Source of the DNA: Verrucomicrobiota bacterium
GTDB lineage: Bacteria > Verrucomicrobiota > Verrucomicrobiia > Limisphaerales > CANJSG01
Assembly (NCBI GenBank): GCA_038209745.1
Contig: JBBQXJ010000001.1
Location: forward strand, 103,358-167,357
DNA length: 64,000 nt
Reading direction: 5' to 3'
Shown here: in pieces, positions 27,650-36,761 of the stretch
Position numbering within the stretch: the stretch's first letter is position 1
How the letters are laid out: every line of letters starts with the position of its first letter
Position numbers and translations under genes: made by a program
Notes under the pieces: model-generated
The model's input: only the letters and a program-made list of their open reading frames with translations
Database searches by the model: none
Told to the model about the DNA's origin: nothing

Positions 27650-27732
27650 GGAGGTTTCCCGGAAACGGTCGGAGACAGGTCCGACCGCGCGACAGACTCG
27701 CGCATCGCCACGGTCTGTCCAGTGGCCGGGGC

Positions 27733-28215
27733 TCAGAAGCCCATTTTTGCCATCTCGTTCTGGAGGGACGCCTGGAAGTCCATCAGATCTTCCTGCGAGG
27801 GCCGGTAGCCCTTGGTCTCGGAGGCGAGGCCGAGCCGGCCCGTTTGGTCGAGGTACCAGGTCGCTTTTTGGCCGTCCGAGAAGGTCACGCCGCCGCTGAC
27901 CATCGTGCCGGGGCGGGCGAGGGTGTCGGTGGTGATCTTCACGGCGCTGGGTCCGGCGGGAGCGCCAGCGGGTGGCATCAACTCGGCGTCGGCGGACGAA
28001 GCCGGTGCGCCGGGAACGACTGCGGGAGGTTCGGGCGGGGCTTCGACGACCGGGTCCTTCACCTGGAGTTTGAGATCGTCGATCAGGAACCGGACCTCCA
28101 TGTAGGTCAGCTTCACGCCGAATTCGGCCCCGATCCGGCCCTGGATGTCGGAGAGTTTCACGCCTTCGTCCAGCCACTCGGCGACTTTCTTTTTCTGCTC
28201 GTCGGTCAGTTGCAT
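27733..28215 (-). CDS. Conserved hypothetical protein
   Basis: Protein-like ORF 'MQLTDEQKKKVAEWLDEG...WYLDQTGRLGL' with strong GC3 bias. Confidence 0.8.
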   Translation of the reverse strand: MQLTDEQKKKVAEWLDEGVKLSDIQGRIGAEFGVKLTYMEVRFLIDDLKLQVKDPVVEAPPEPPAVVPGAPASSADAELMPPAGAPAGPSAVKITTDTLARPGTMVSGGVTFSDGQKATWYLDQTGRLGLASETKGYRPSQEDLMDFQASLQNEMAKMGF

Positions 28216-28344
28216 GTTTGTGGGGATATGTTGGGACGCCGCCCGCCGGGACTCAACACCAACACTTCGCGGCGGGCAAAACCGGAAAGCGGCTGAAAGT
28301 TGAGGAGCCTTCCCGCGACGCATCCCGCACAGTCCCGCTAAACC

Positions 28345-28689
28345 GTGCCGATCTCCCCGCCAACCCAAGCCAAAATCTCCCGCCGCTGGTGGCTGGTGCT
28401 ATTCTGGTCGGCGGGTCATTGGCTGGCGCTGGAGCTGCTCCGCTTCGCCATGGACCTGATGACGCGGCTGCCGCTGATCGGGCCGCATCTGGATCCGGTG
28501 GTCGGCGGGCTGATCTGGCTGGAGCGGCTCCTGGTATTCCCCCGGATGGCGCTCCGGCATCTCTGGTGGTCGGATACGACGCCCGGCTGGCTGTTGCCGT
28601 TGTTCACGCTGCTGAACAGCCTGCTCTGGGGCCTGGGATTCCACTGCTGGTTCCTGTGGCGACGGCGGGTGAAGGGGACGGGCGATTGA
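28345..28689 (+). CDS. Hypothetical small membrane protein
   Basis: Leu/Trp-rich hydrophobic segments. Confidence 0.6.
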   Translation: MPISPPTQAKISRRWWLVLFWSAGHWLALELLRFAMDLMTRLPLIGPHLDPVVGGLIWLERLLVFPRMALRHLWWSDTTPGWLLPLFTLLNSLLWGLGFHCWFLWRRRVKGTGD

Positions 28690-28744
28690 AACCCGGATCG
28701 CAAGCGGCGTTGCGGTGGGTCAATCGGCTTGGTAGGGCTGGGGC

Positions 28745-31150
28745 GTGACGTGCCCCCGGTGCAATCCATTCGACTCGACGTTCCGCTTCTTGGCGTGGCT
28801 GGGGGTCGCGGCGGGACTGGGGGTCGCGGCGGGCCGGGCCGCCGACGCTCGGCCGACTCCGCCGCCACAGTCGATGTCGTGGAAGGCCCCGGTCGGCGGC
28901 GACATTCCCACGAACTTCGTCACCGCCACCGAGGCGCTTTTCGACGCCGGGATGGCGGATCCCCGAGGTGGAGAATACCGGTCCATCGTCGTGCGGGTCG
29001 GCAGTCTGTGGTCCGGCGACGGCGGGAAAGTCGCGACACACGGCTGGGTGTTGCCGGGCAGCGGAGCGATCCCCCAGGCGGTCTGCTGGAACGGCCTCGT
29101 CTATCCGGTGCTCTCGATCGGGCCGGCTGAGGATCTGACGCGGGACGTGCAGGCCCTCAAGACCGGCAAGTATGAGGACCGGGGCTGGATTCCCCGCGAG
29201 GCGGACGGCGTCTCCTACAAGTATCCCGAGCCGCTCAAAGGCTGCCTCTTGTTGAGATTGGGAGAGACGGATCTGGCCCGCGACTACTGGATCTCGCTGC
29301 AGGAAAGGGATGGAGCCGCCCACTTTACCGTCTCTTTGCGGCCCGAGCGAAAGACCTTCCAGGACAAGAAGACAGCCGAACCCACCAATGCCGAACCCGC
29401 GCGACTGGATCCCAGGAGGCCGGACCCGTTTTCCAGCTGGGCCAAAGTGTGGGTGGGCGGCGCCCTCGACCGGGTGCTGACGGCCCACATGCGCGGCGAC
29501 GACGCCGAGGCCCTGGAGGGAGCGCGTTGGCTGGTGCCGGTGCGGGAGAGGATCAATGCCATCGGAAAGTCCCGACAACCGGGCTCGACGAACGAGGTCG
29601 CCTTTCCTTCGTTGGACGTGGTTTTGCCTCTCTTGAAAGATCAGGAGCGGCGCGCCAGCTCGCCCGAAAAACCATTGAACATCGATTCAGTCGCGGAAAT
29701 CGAAGACGCGGGGCAGCGGGTGAAGGCCGCAATTTCCATGTTCGCCGCGATCGCGGTCCGACAACGATCCCAATACAGCGGGGCCGGCTCATGGCTCGAC
29801 GCGCCGCAGTTCTCCCTCGTGGTCGAGGCCGGTCAAGCGGCGGTGGAGCCGCTGCTGGCGGCGCTGGATTCGGACGCGGCGACTCGTCTGACGCGCTCCG
29901 TCAGTTTCGAGCGGGACTACCTGCCCGGGCGCACGGTGCATCCCGTTTCGGAGGTGCTGGTCGCGGCGCTCAAGACGCTCCTGCGCATCGACAACCTGGA
30001 CTCCGTCATTCCCCCCGGGACGATCGCCGAAGCCGGCACCAACGCCCATCGCGTGGTGGCCACCGGCTTGCGGGAATACATCGGACGGGCGCACGCCATG
30101 ACCGCGCAGGAGAGCTGGTATGCCACCTTGAAGAACGACAAAGCGGTCAAGGGCTGGCCGCAGGCCATCCGCGACATCGTGGCCCCGAACCGCACGCGCT
30201 TGACGTTTCGGCGGCGGCCGCTGCCGGGCGCGGAAGCGAAGGCCAACCCGCTGGCCGGTGAAATCCTCCGGGAGAAGACCGACCCGACCGTGACGGAGTT
30301 GATGCTCCAGCGCATCGGGCGTTGGACACCGATCCCGGGCGATCCGAGCTTCGGTCTCACGGAGTTCCGCGAGAAGATCGATCTTTTGGCCCGATGGGAC
30401 GCGGCGGCGGCGCTGGACCTGAACGAAAAGACCCTCGGGGACTGCCTCCGGGCATGGGAAACCGAGGCACCCAAGCCGGACCGCAACGCGGCGCTCTCGA
30501 CGATCTCCGCCCGGGCGTTCAGCTCGCTGGTGGTCGAGATGGCCAAGGCGGGCCGGACAAACCTCCTCGATCTCTATGCTTCGTGGATCCTCAAAGTCGG
30601 CGACCGCGACTATGGCGGCTGGATCCAGAACCATGACAAGGAGCCGAATCCGCTGGCACCGCTCTGGCTTTTCCCGGCCCATCCAACGATCGCCGAATCG
30701 ACCGTTGCGCTGCTGGATCCCGTCCGGTCTCCCCTGCATGTCTGGCTCACCCTCGACGCGGGCCTGCGATCCTTCTATGTCATCGAGGCCGGCACGGGCC
30801 TGAGCGGATTGCCGGTTTTCCAGAAACATCTCGTCGAGGCGCTGAAGAGCAAGACCGAGGCGGGCACGATCATGCGGCCCGGATCGGGCCTTTACGAGGT
30901 GACGGAAAACACCGGTGTATCCTACACGCGCAGATTGTTCGCGGACCGCTATCTCGCGACCAAGCTCCCCGACATGAAGCTCCGCTTGTGCGACGCAGCC
31001 GCGAAGAACCTGGACAATTGGCCCGACCTGCCGCGCTTCGAACTCTACTGGAACGAGAATGAACGCGACGCCCGGATCGAGGACTACATCCGCCTGATCG
31101 AAACGGAGGGGTCCGATTTCGGCCGGCGCGCCACCAAGGAACACCGATGA
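28745..31150 (+). CDS. Hypothetical secreted protein (801 aa)
   Basis: Long ORF with signal-like N-terminus; stop overlaps the next ATG. Confidence 0.75.
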   Translation: MTCPRCNPFDSTFRFLAWLGVAAGLGVAAGRAADARPTPPPQSMSWKAPVGGDIPTNFVTATEALFDAGMADPRGGEYRSIVVRVGSLWSGDGGKVATHGWVLPGSGAIPQAVCWNGLVYPVLSIGPAEDLTRDVQALKTGKYEDRGWIPREADGVSYKYPEPLKGCLLLRLGETDLARDYWISLQERDGAAHFTVSLRPERKTFQDKKTAEPTNAEPARLDPRRPDPFSSWAKVWVGGALDRVLTAHMRGDDAEALEGARWLVPVRERINAIGKSRQPGSTNEVAFPSLDVVLPLLKDQERRASSPEKPLNIDSVAEIEDAGQRVKAAISMFAAIAVRQRSQYSGAGSWLDAPQFSLVVEAGQAAVEPLLAALDSDAATRLTRSVSFERDYLPGRTVHPVSEVLVAALKTLLRIDNLDSVIPPGTIAEAGTNAHRVVATGLREYIGRAHAMTAQESWYATLKNDKAVKGWPQAIRDIVAPNRTRLTFRRRPLPGAEAKANPLAGEILREKTDPTVTELMLQRIGRWTPIPGDPSFGLTEFREKIDLLARWDAAAALDLNEKTLGDCLRAWETEAPKPDRNAALSTISARAFSSLVVEMAKAGRTNLLDLYASWILKVGDRDYGGWIQNHDKEPNPLAPLWLFPAHPTIAESTVALLDPVRSPLHVWLTLDAGLRSFYVIEAGTGLSGLPVFQKHLVEALKSKTEAGTIMRPGSGLYEVTENTGVSYTRRLFADRYLATKLPDMKLRLCDAAAKNLDNWPDLPRFELYWNENERDARIEDYIRLIETEGSDFGRRATKEHR

Positions 31151-31503
31151 AGAGCTCACCCCGCGCCTTCGCCATGGAATGGATCGCCGCGTGGAACAGC
31201 CACAAGCTGGACCGGATCATGGATCACTACGCGGACGAGGTCGAATTCACCTCCCCGCTGGTGGCCTCGGTCATGGGCCGGGTGGACGGCACGGTGCGGG
31301 GGAAGGAGACGCTGCGGAACTACTTCTTCCGCTCCCTCCAAACCTATCCTGAGCTGAAGTTCGAGCTGCGCCGGGTGTATTCGGGCATGGGCAGCATCGT
31401 GGTGGAATACGCCAGCGTGAAGGGGATGTTGGCGGCGGAGACCCTGGAGTTCGGCCCGGATGGAAAAGTGGTCCGCGTGCGCGCCCACTACGCGGATCAG
31501 TAG
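31147..31503 (+). CDS. SnoaL/NTF2-like protein
   Basis: 'EWIAAWNSHKLDRIMDHYADEVEFTSP', 'GKETLRNYF'. Confidence 0.88.
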   Translation: MKSSPRAFAMEWIAAWNSHKLDRIMDHYADEVEFTSPLVASVMGRVDGTVRGKETLRNYFFRSLQTYPELKFELRRVYSGMGSIVVEYASVKGMLAAETLEFGPDGKVVRVRAHYADQ

Positions 31504-31518
31504 GCGCCTTTGCCGGCG

Positions 31519-32457
31519 CTACTTGCCGCCGCCGCTGACGAGCTTCAGCACCGCCATGCGGACCGCGAGACCGTTGGTCACCTGTTCGAGGATCACGGAA
31601 CGGCTGCCATCGGCCAGGTCGCTGTCGATCTCCACCCCGCGGTTGATCGGCCCCGGATGCATGATGATCGCCTCGGGCTTGGTCCTGGCCATGCGGGCCT
31701 TGGTCAGGCCGAAGAGCGCGGTGTATTCGCCGAGGCCCGGGAACATACTGCGCCGCTGCCGCTCGTGCTGGATGCGGAGGAGATTGATCACGTCGGCCCC
31801 ACGGATGGCGTCGTCCACATCGTGGGTCACGCGGATGCTGCCGGGAGCGGCCGGCATCTTTTCGAAGATCTTCGGAACGAGAGTGGTCGGTCCGCAGAGC
31901 GTGACGTGGGCCCCGAGCTTGGTCAGCGCCCAGATGTTCGAGCGGGCCACGCGGCTGTAGAGGATGTCCCCGAGGATCGTGACGTGCAGGCCCGCGACGC
32001 GGCCGAAGTGCTCCCGCACGGTGAAGGTGTCGAGCAGCGCCTGGGTGGGATGGGCATGGGCGCCGTCGCCGGCGTTGACCACGTGCGAATCGATGCAGCG
32101 CGAGATGAAGTGCGGGGCTCCGGAGGCGCTGTGGCGGATGACGATGATGTCCGCCTTGAGCGCCTCCAGGTTCAGGACGGTGTCCTTCAGCGTCTCGCCT
32201 TTCTTGAGGGAACTGGCTTCGACGGTGAAGTTGATGATGTTCGCCGAGAGCCGTTGGGCGGCCAGCTCGAAGCTGATGCGGGTGCGGGTGCTGGGCTCGA
32301 CGAAGAGGTTCACGACCGTTTTCCCGGCCAGGATCGGGTTCTGGCGCGGTGGAGCGGCCAGTTCCGCCTTGAACGTGCGGGCGACGTCGAGGAGGTGCGT
32401 GATCTCGTCGGCGGAGAGGGAGGCGATGTCGAGGAGATGTTTCCGGGTCCAGATCAT
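31519..32457 (-). CDS. pyrB: Aspartate carbamoyltransferase catalytic subunit
   Basis: 'FVEPSTRTRISFE', 'NAGDGAHAHPTQALLD', 'MHPGPINRGVEI'. Confidence 0.97.
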   Translation of the reverse strand: MIWTRKHLLDIASLSADEITHLLDVARTFKAELAAPPRQNPILAGKTVVNLFVEPSTRTRISFELAAQRLSANIINFTVEASSLKKGETLKDTVLNLEALKADIIVIRHSASGAPHFISRCIDSHVVNAGDGAHAHPTQALLDTFTVREHFGRVAGLHVTILGDILYSRVARSNIWALTKLGAHVTLCGPTTLVPKIFEKMPAAPGSIRVTHDVDDAIRGADVINLLRIQHERQRRSMFPGLGEYTALFGLTKARMARTKPEAIIMHPGPINRGVEIDSDLADGSRSVILEQVTNGLAVRMAVLKLVSGGGK

Positions 32458-32584
32458 GCGTCGGGCGGCAGCGTGGCCGGGAGGCGGTCGGCCCGGAAGA
32501 ATATTTTGCGGCACTGCGGCGGCCCGATACGATCCGACCGTCGCCGTCTTGCGCGGCCAAACGGGCGCTCCTATGGTGGCCCCC

Positions 32585-33190
32585 ATGCGCGCTTTTTTTA
32601 CCGTTTTCCTCACCAGCCTGGGCCTGCTGGTCTCCACGGCCCGGGCGGATGAAGCCACCATGCAGGCGGACATCGACCAGATGAAGGGAGCCATCGAGGC
32701 CCTGACTCTTTCCAACGCCGATCTCCAGAAACGACTTTCCGAAGCCAACCGCGAGATCCGCGATCTGCGGGACGACCTGTCCAAGGCCTCCCCCAAGGCC
32801 GCGCTGGACGACATCAAGGACCAGCAGCGCAATCTCGCGTCGAAGATCGAGGAAGTGGACAAGAAGCGGCTGAGCGACGCGGAGCTCGTGCGCGGGCAGC
32901 TCGAAAAGATCGCCAAGCTCGTGGCCAACGCGCCCATCGCGTCCCCGTCCCGGAACGACAACCCGAAGCCCGATCGCGTCACGGACACCCCGCCGCCCTC
33001 CGGAGAAATGTATCCCTACACCATCGTCTCCGGGGACACGATCTCGGCCATCGTCGACTCCTTCAACGCCGAGTTCAAACGCAAGGGAATGAAGACCGTC
33101 TCCGTCAGCCACGTCTTGGCCGCCAATCCCGGCCTTGATCCCAAGCGCCTGTTTGTCGGCAAGAAGATCTTCATCCCCGCCCAGCAATAG
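32585..33190 (+). CDS. Secreted coiled-coil protein with C-terminal LysM domain
   Basis: Signal peptide, heptad region, 'YTIVSGDTISAI...ANPGLDPKRLFVGKKIFIP'. Confidence 0.88.
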   Translation: MRAFFTVFLTSLGLLVSTARADEATMQADIDQMKGAIEALTLSNADLQKRLSEANREIRDLRDDLSKASPKAALDDIKDQQRNLASKIEEVDKKRLSDAELVRGQLEKIAKLVANAPIASPSRNDNPKPDRVTDTPPPSGEMYPYTIVSGDTISAIVDSFNAEFKRKGMKTVSVSHVLAANPGLDPKRLFVGKKIFIPAQQ

Positions 33191-33218
33191 GCGTTGTCCC
33201 AGCCAGAATACAACGGCC

Positions 33219-33602
33219 ATGTCGCTCCAGCCCTTCCTCCGTAAATCCCACCTCTATCTCGGGGTGTTCTTCGCGCCCATGCTGCTCTTCTTCGTGGCCA
33301 GCGGCTGGTATCAGACGATGAACCCGGACCGTCGGAAGACGCCGGACGACGCCGAGGCGATCTTCGACCGGATGCGGTTCGTCCACGCCGAGTCCCTGTT
33401 GCCGAGCAAGCAGGCGACCACCTACAAGACCAAACCCTTCCGTTGGCTCGTGGCCACGATGTCCGCCGCGATGATCGCGACGACCGTTCTCGGGCTCTAC
33501 CTCGCCTTCCGCTACAGCCGGAAACCGTGGCCGGTGGTCCTCTGTCTGGTGCTGGGCCTGGCGGCGCCGCTGGTGATTCTGTGGATGGGGCAGAAAAGTT
33601 AG
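33219..33602 (+). CDS. PepSY-associated TM helix family membrane protein
   Basis: 'LRKSHLYLGVFFAPMLLFFVASG'; two further TM segments. Confidence 0.75.
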   Translation: MSLQPFLRKSHLYLGVFFAPMLLFFVASGWYQTMNPDRRKTPDDAEAIFDRMRFVHAESLLPSKQATTYKTKPFRWLVATMSAAMIATTVLGLYLAFRYSRKPWPVVLCLVLGLAAPLVILWMGQKS

Positions 33603-33770
33603 CTGGAACGATGCAATGGGGATGGGGAAGTGCGCCCGCCCCGGGCGCAGTGGACCGCGCCCTCGCGGTCCAGAGGAGGCGAAGGAAACGATTCAACGCC
33701 TGGTGGGTCCGGACGCGTCCATGTCCGGCGCGGCTGCGATCCCCATTCATTTCCAGTGCCTCGTTCCGGC
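33602..33770. mobile_element. MITE copy A (169 bp), imperfect TIRs, 3-bp TSD TTA
   Basis: TTA|GCTGGAACGATGCAATG ... CAGTGCCTCGTTCCGGC|TTA; inverted homolog at 43090-43284. Confidence 0.8.
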
Positions 33771-33950
33771 TTAGCGGCGTTTTCCTCAGCGCCCACCGCT
33801 TGGAAATCCGACCTTCAGGACGGCAGGATTGAGCGGGTCGGTCACGTTGGTGGGTCACCGCCTTATGTCCGACAAATCCGCGCCCTTTTGCGCCGGTTCC
33901 CGTAAAAACACCGCTGCCAACGTCCAAGAATACCTTGAGGAACTGCCGGC

Positions 33951-34574
33951 CTACCTCGGCCATGCCGGATGCTCCGCGATCAAACCCAGCGCCTGTTTCA
34001 CCAGCGTCTTCCCCGGTTCCATTCGATGCCACGGTGACGCGCCCGAGGGGTGCGGCAGGGGAATGACGTCGAAGGCCACGCCCGCCCGTTCCCGGCGAAA
34101 GCTCTGGCCGATCAATTGGTCGAGCTTCCCCTCGAAGCCGAACTGCGCCATCGCCAGCTTGCCGACGGGGAGGACCAGCCTGGGCCGCAGCAGCTGGATC
34201 TCGGCGTCCATCCAGCCGGCGCAGCGCGCGATCTCGTCGGGCGCGGGCACGCGGTCGCCGCCGGTGGTCTTCTTGCCCGGGAAACAGCGGCAGACGGCCG
34301 CCATGTAGACGCGGCTGCGGACCTGTTCCTCGTCCAGCGCGCAGCCCTCGTTGAACCAGCGGAACATCGTCTTGCCGGCGGTCCAGGCGAAGGGCCGGCC
34401 CAGCTTCGGCTCCTTGTCGCCGGGCGCCTGTCCCACCAGCAGAACTTCGCTCACGACCGGGCGACCGGAGACGGGCGGCGACGCCATCTTCGGGCACTGG
34501 CGGCAATCCAGCAGCCGACGGTAGTGGGCTTCGATCTGGGCGGGGACGGACGATTTGGTGCGGGCGGATGGCAT
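33951..34574 (-). CDS. Uracil-DNA glycosylase family protein
   Basis: 'CRQCPKM', 'LLVGQAPG', 'VCRCFPGK', 'PLPHPSGASPW'. Confidence 0.9.
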   Translation of the reverse strand: MPSARTKSSVPAQIEAHYRRLLDCRQCPKMASPPVSGRPVVSEVLLVGQAPGDKEPKLGRPFAWTAGKTMFRWFNEGCALDEEQVRSRVYMAAVCRCFPGKKTTGGDRVPAPDEIARCAGWMDAEIQLLRPRLVLPVGKLAMAQFGFEGKLDQLIGQSFRRERAGVAFDVIPLPHPSGASPWHRMEPGKTLVKQALGLIAEHPAWPR

Positions 34575-34707
34575 GGGCGGACAAGGTTGCGGCCGGGAGG
34601 CTGACCGGGAACTGCCGTAGAAAGGAAGGCTGGAGGAACCGTTTGAAGAACGCCCTGGCGCGGTTCTCAAGCCGCGCCGTCGGGCGGAGTTGCTTCCCGG
34701 CTCGAAA

Positions 34708-35280
34708 CTAGGCCGGCGCGTTGCCGGGTTTCCACTTGATGTTGCAGCCCATGCTCGGGATCTGGCGTTCGGCCTGCGGATTGCCGGCCAGCACCGCGTC
34801 CAATGCCGCCCGCAGATCGGCGCCCGTCACCGGGACCCCGCTGTTGGGCCGCGAGCCGTCGAATTGCCCGCGATAGACCAATTTCCCATCCTTGCCGAAG
34901 AGGAAAAAATCGGGCGTGCAGGCAGCCTGATAGGCCTTGGCCACCGACTGCGACGCGTCGAACAGATACGGGAAGAGGTAGCCCGCTTCCTTGGCTTCGA
35001 CCGCCATCTTGTCGGGAGCGTCGGCCGGGTATTTCTCCGCGTCGTTGCTGCTGATGCCCACGATGGCCACGCCGCGCAGCTGGTAGTCGCGGGCGACCCG
35101 GGCGACCTCGGCCCGGATGTGCCTCACGTAGGGGCAATGGTTGCAGAGGAACATGACCAAGAGGGCGGGCGCACCGGCGAAGTCGGACTTGCTCACCGTC
35201 TTGCCGGAAACGGAGTCGGGCAACGAGAAGGCCGGGGCGACGGTGCCCAGCGCGAGCATGGTGGAAGGGGTCAAAGACAT
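34708..35280 (-). CDS. Thioredoxin-fold AhpC/TSA family protein
   Basis: 'MFLCNHCPYV', 'AACTPDFFLF', 'YRGQFD', 'PSMGCNIKW'. Confidence 0.92.
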   Translation of the reverse strand: MSLTPSTMLALGTVAPAFSLPDSVSGKTVSKSDFAGAPALLVMFLCNHCPYVRHIRAEVARVARDYQLRGVAIVGISSNDAEKYPADAPDKMAVEAKEAGYLFPYLFDASQSVAKAYQAACTPDFFLFGKDGKLVYRGQFDGSRPNSGVPVTGADLRAALDAVLAGNPQAERQIPSMGCNIKWKPGNAPA

Positions 35281-35324
35281 TAGCCGAATGTGGAAAGCAC
35301 TTCCCCATGTGTCAACGGGAGGGG

Positions 35325-35442
35325 AATGACGAAGGCCGAAGGCCAAAACCCAAAACAAACCCAAAGCTCGAAATGCGGCGTCGATCGGGCTTTGGGTTTC
35401 TACTTTATTTCGGCCTTTGGCCTTCGGGTTTCGGGCTTGTCA
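35325..35442. repeat. Palindromic element built from ~7-bp tandem units (GGCCGAA / TTCGGCC type)
   Basis: tgacgaaggccgaaggccaaaacccaaa ... tttcggcctttggccttcgggtttcgggcttgtca. Confidence 0.6.
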
Positions 35443-35447
35443 CCCGG

Positions 35448-35924
35448 TCAGCAGTTCAGCTGGTGCAGCACCTCGACCATCTCCATCGCGCAATGGGCGG
35501 CTTCGATGCCCTTGTTGAACTTGGGATCGAGGCAGCGCTTCTTGGCGTCGGCTTCCCGGTCCACCAACAGCACCTCGTGGATGATCGGGACGTGGAACTC
35601 CAGTTGGAGCTGGGTCAACGCCATGGTGATCGCTTCGCCGATGTGGTCCGCGTGGGCGGTGGCGCCCTGGATGATCACGCCGAGGCAGATGATCGCGTCG
35701 GGCCGGTGCGCCTCGCAGTGGGCCAGCTTGGAGGCGATGAGCGGGATCTCATAGGCGCCGGGCACGCGGACGATCTGGACGGAACGGGCCCCGCCGGCTT
35801 CCAGCGTCTTCTCGGCGGCCGCCAACATGGAGTCGACGTACTTCGCGTTGTAGCTGGAGGCGATGATGGCGTAGTGGCCGCCGGTCTTCGCGGCGGGTTT
35901 CTTGGTCTTGGCTTTTTTGAGCAT
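35448..35924 (-). CDS. ribH: 6,7-dimethyl-8-ribityllumazine synthase
   Basis: 'RVPGAYEIP', 'ICLGVIIQGATAH', 'NKGIEAA'. Confidence 0.95.
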   Translation of the reverse strand: MLKKAKTKKPAAKTGGHYAIIASSYNAKYVDSMLAAAEKTLEAGGARSVQIVRVPGAYEIPLIASKLAHCEAHRPDAIICLGVIIQGATAHADHIGEAITMALTQLQLEFHVPIIHEVLLVDREADAKKRCLDPKFNKGIEAAHCAMEMVEVLHQLNC

Positions 35925-35945
35925 GGGAAAGGAAGGTTTTGAGAC

Positions 35946-36752
35946 TTAGCGGCCAACCCACCCCTGACCCCTCCGAGGAGGGGAACAGATCAAAGAGGGT
36001 AGAAGGTTTACGGGCGGATTTGTTCGCGAAGGGACGATCGGCCAAGCGGCAGGCGGAACCAAGGATTCAGGCGGCGCAGGTTGCGCACGTCCGCTGGCGC
36101 GCGTCCTTCGTCTTTTCCCCTCCTGGGAGGGGTCAGCGGTGGGTCGCTCCGAACGGGAAACAAGTTCCACACCCAGCTCGCGTGCTCTTTCGCGGATGAC
36201 GGCTTCCAACCGTTTCACCACTCCGCCGGTGTCGTTTTTCACCTCTGAATTCCAAAAGCGAATCACCTTCACGCCCAGAGCTTCGATGGAACGTTGCCTC
36301 GCCTGGTCCTTCTCACGCAGATGATCATGGACGCTGCCGTCCACCTCCACGGCCAGCCTCAGTGCCTTGCAGTAGAAATCCACGATCCATTCGCCGACCG
36401 GCCGTTGGCGGTCGAAGTCCTGTCCCAACACTTGGTGTCGATTCAGGCGTTTCCAGAGAAGCACCTCGGCGAAGGTCATCTTGCGACGGAGTTTCTTGGC
36501 GAAGGACGTCAGCTTGGGGTTGTAGTGGAGGATAGGACGGCGCCGGGCAGGAGCCGCTGTGCTCGCACCCAGGGGCCGACCCACCCCTGACCCCTCCCAG
36601 GAGGGGAAATGATCCCTCGCCGTCGCGGCGGTTTCTGCGCTGCGCGAGGACGTCTTCAGGCCAAACGCCGCTTTCCGCATCATCAGGCGTTCTCCTTCTT
36701 TCGATCCTTTTACCTCCTCGGAGGGGTCAGGGATGGGTTCGTCCTCCGTCAC
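35946..36752 (-). CDS. DUF559 / Vsr-like endonuclease (core about 36150-36535; ORF ends run through repeats, true start uncertain)
   Basis: 'AKKLRRKMTFAEVLLWKRL', 'FDRQRPVGEWIVDFYC..LRLAVEVDGSVH', 'LGVKVIRFWN'. Confidence 0.85.
   Translation of the reverse strand: MTEDEPIPDPSEEVKGSKEGERLMMRKAAFGLKTSSRSAETAATARDHFPSWEGSGVGRPLGASTAAPARRRPILHYNPKLTSFAKKLRRKMTFAEVLLWKRLNRHQVLGQDFDRQRPVGEWIVDFYCKALRLAVEVDGSVHDHLREKDQARQRSIEALGVKVIRFWNSEVKNDTGGVVKRLEAVIRERARELGVELVSRSERPTADPSQEGKRRRTRASGRAQPAPPESLVPPAAWPIVPSRTNPPVNLLPSLICSPPRRGQGWVGR
35956..36738. repeat. Four copies of a ~30-bp palindromic repeat ACCCACCCCTGACCCCTCC(GA/CA)GGAGGGGAA as two inverted pairs
   Basis: Copies at 35956-35985 (+), 36115-36144 (-), 36579-36608 (+), 36710-36738 (-). 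Confidence 0.9.
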
Positions 36753-36761
36753 GGTGCGTCC

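Noticed and set aside
35956..36738. CRISPR array
   Set aside because: Repeats alternate in orientation, gaps are irregular (about 100-430 bp), and there are no cas genes
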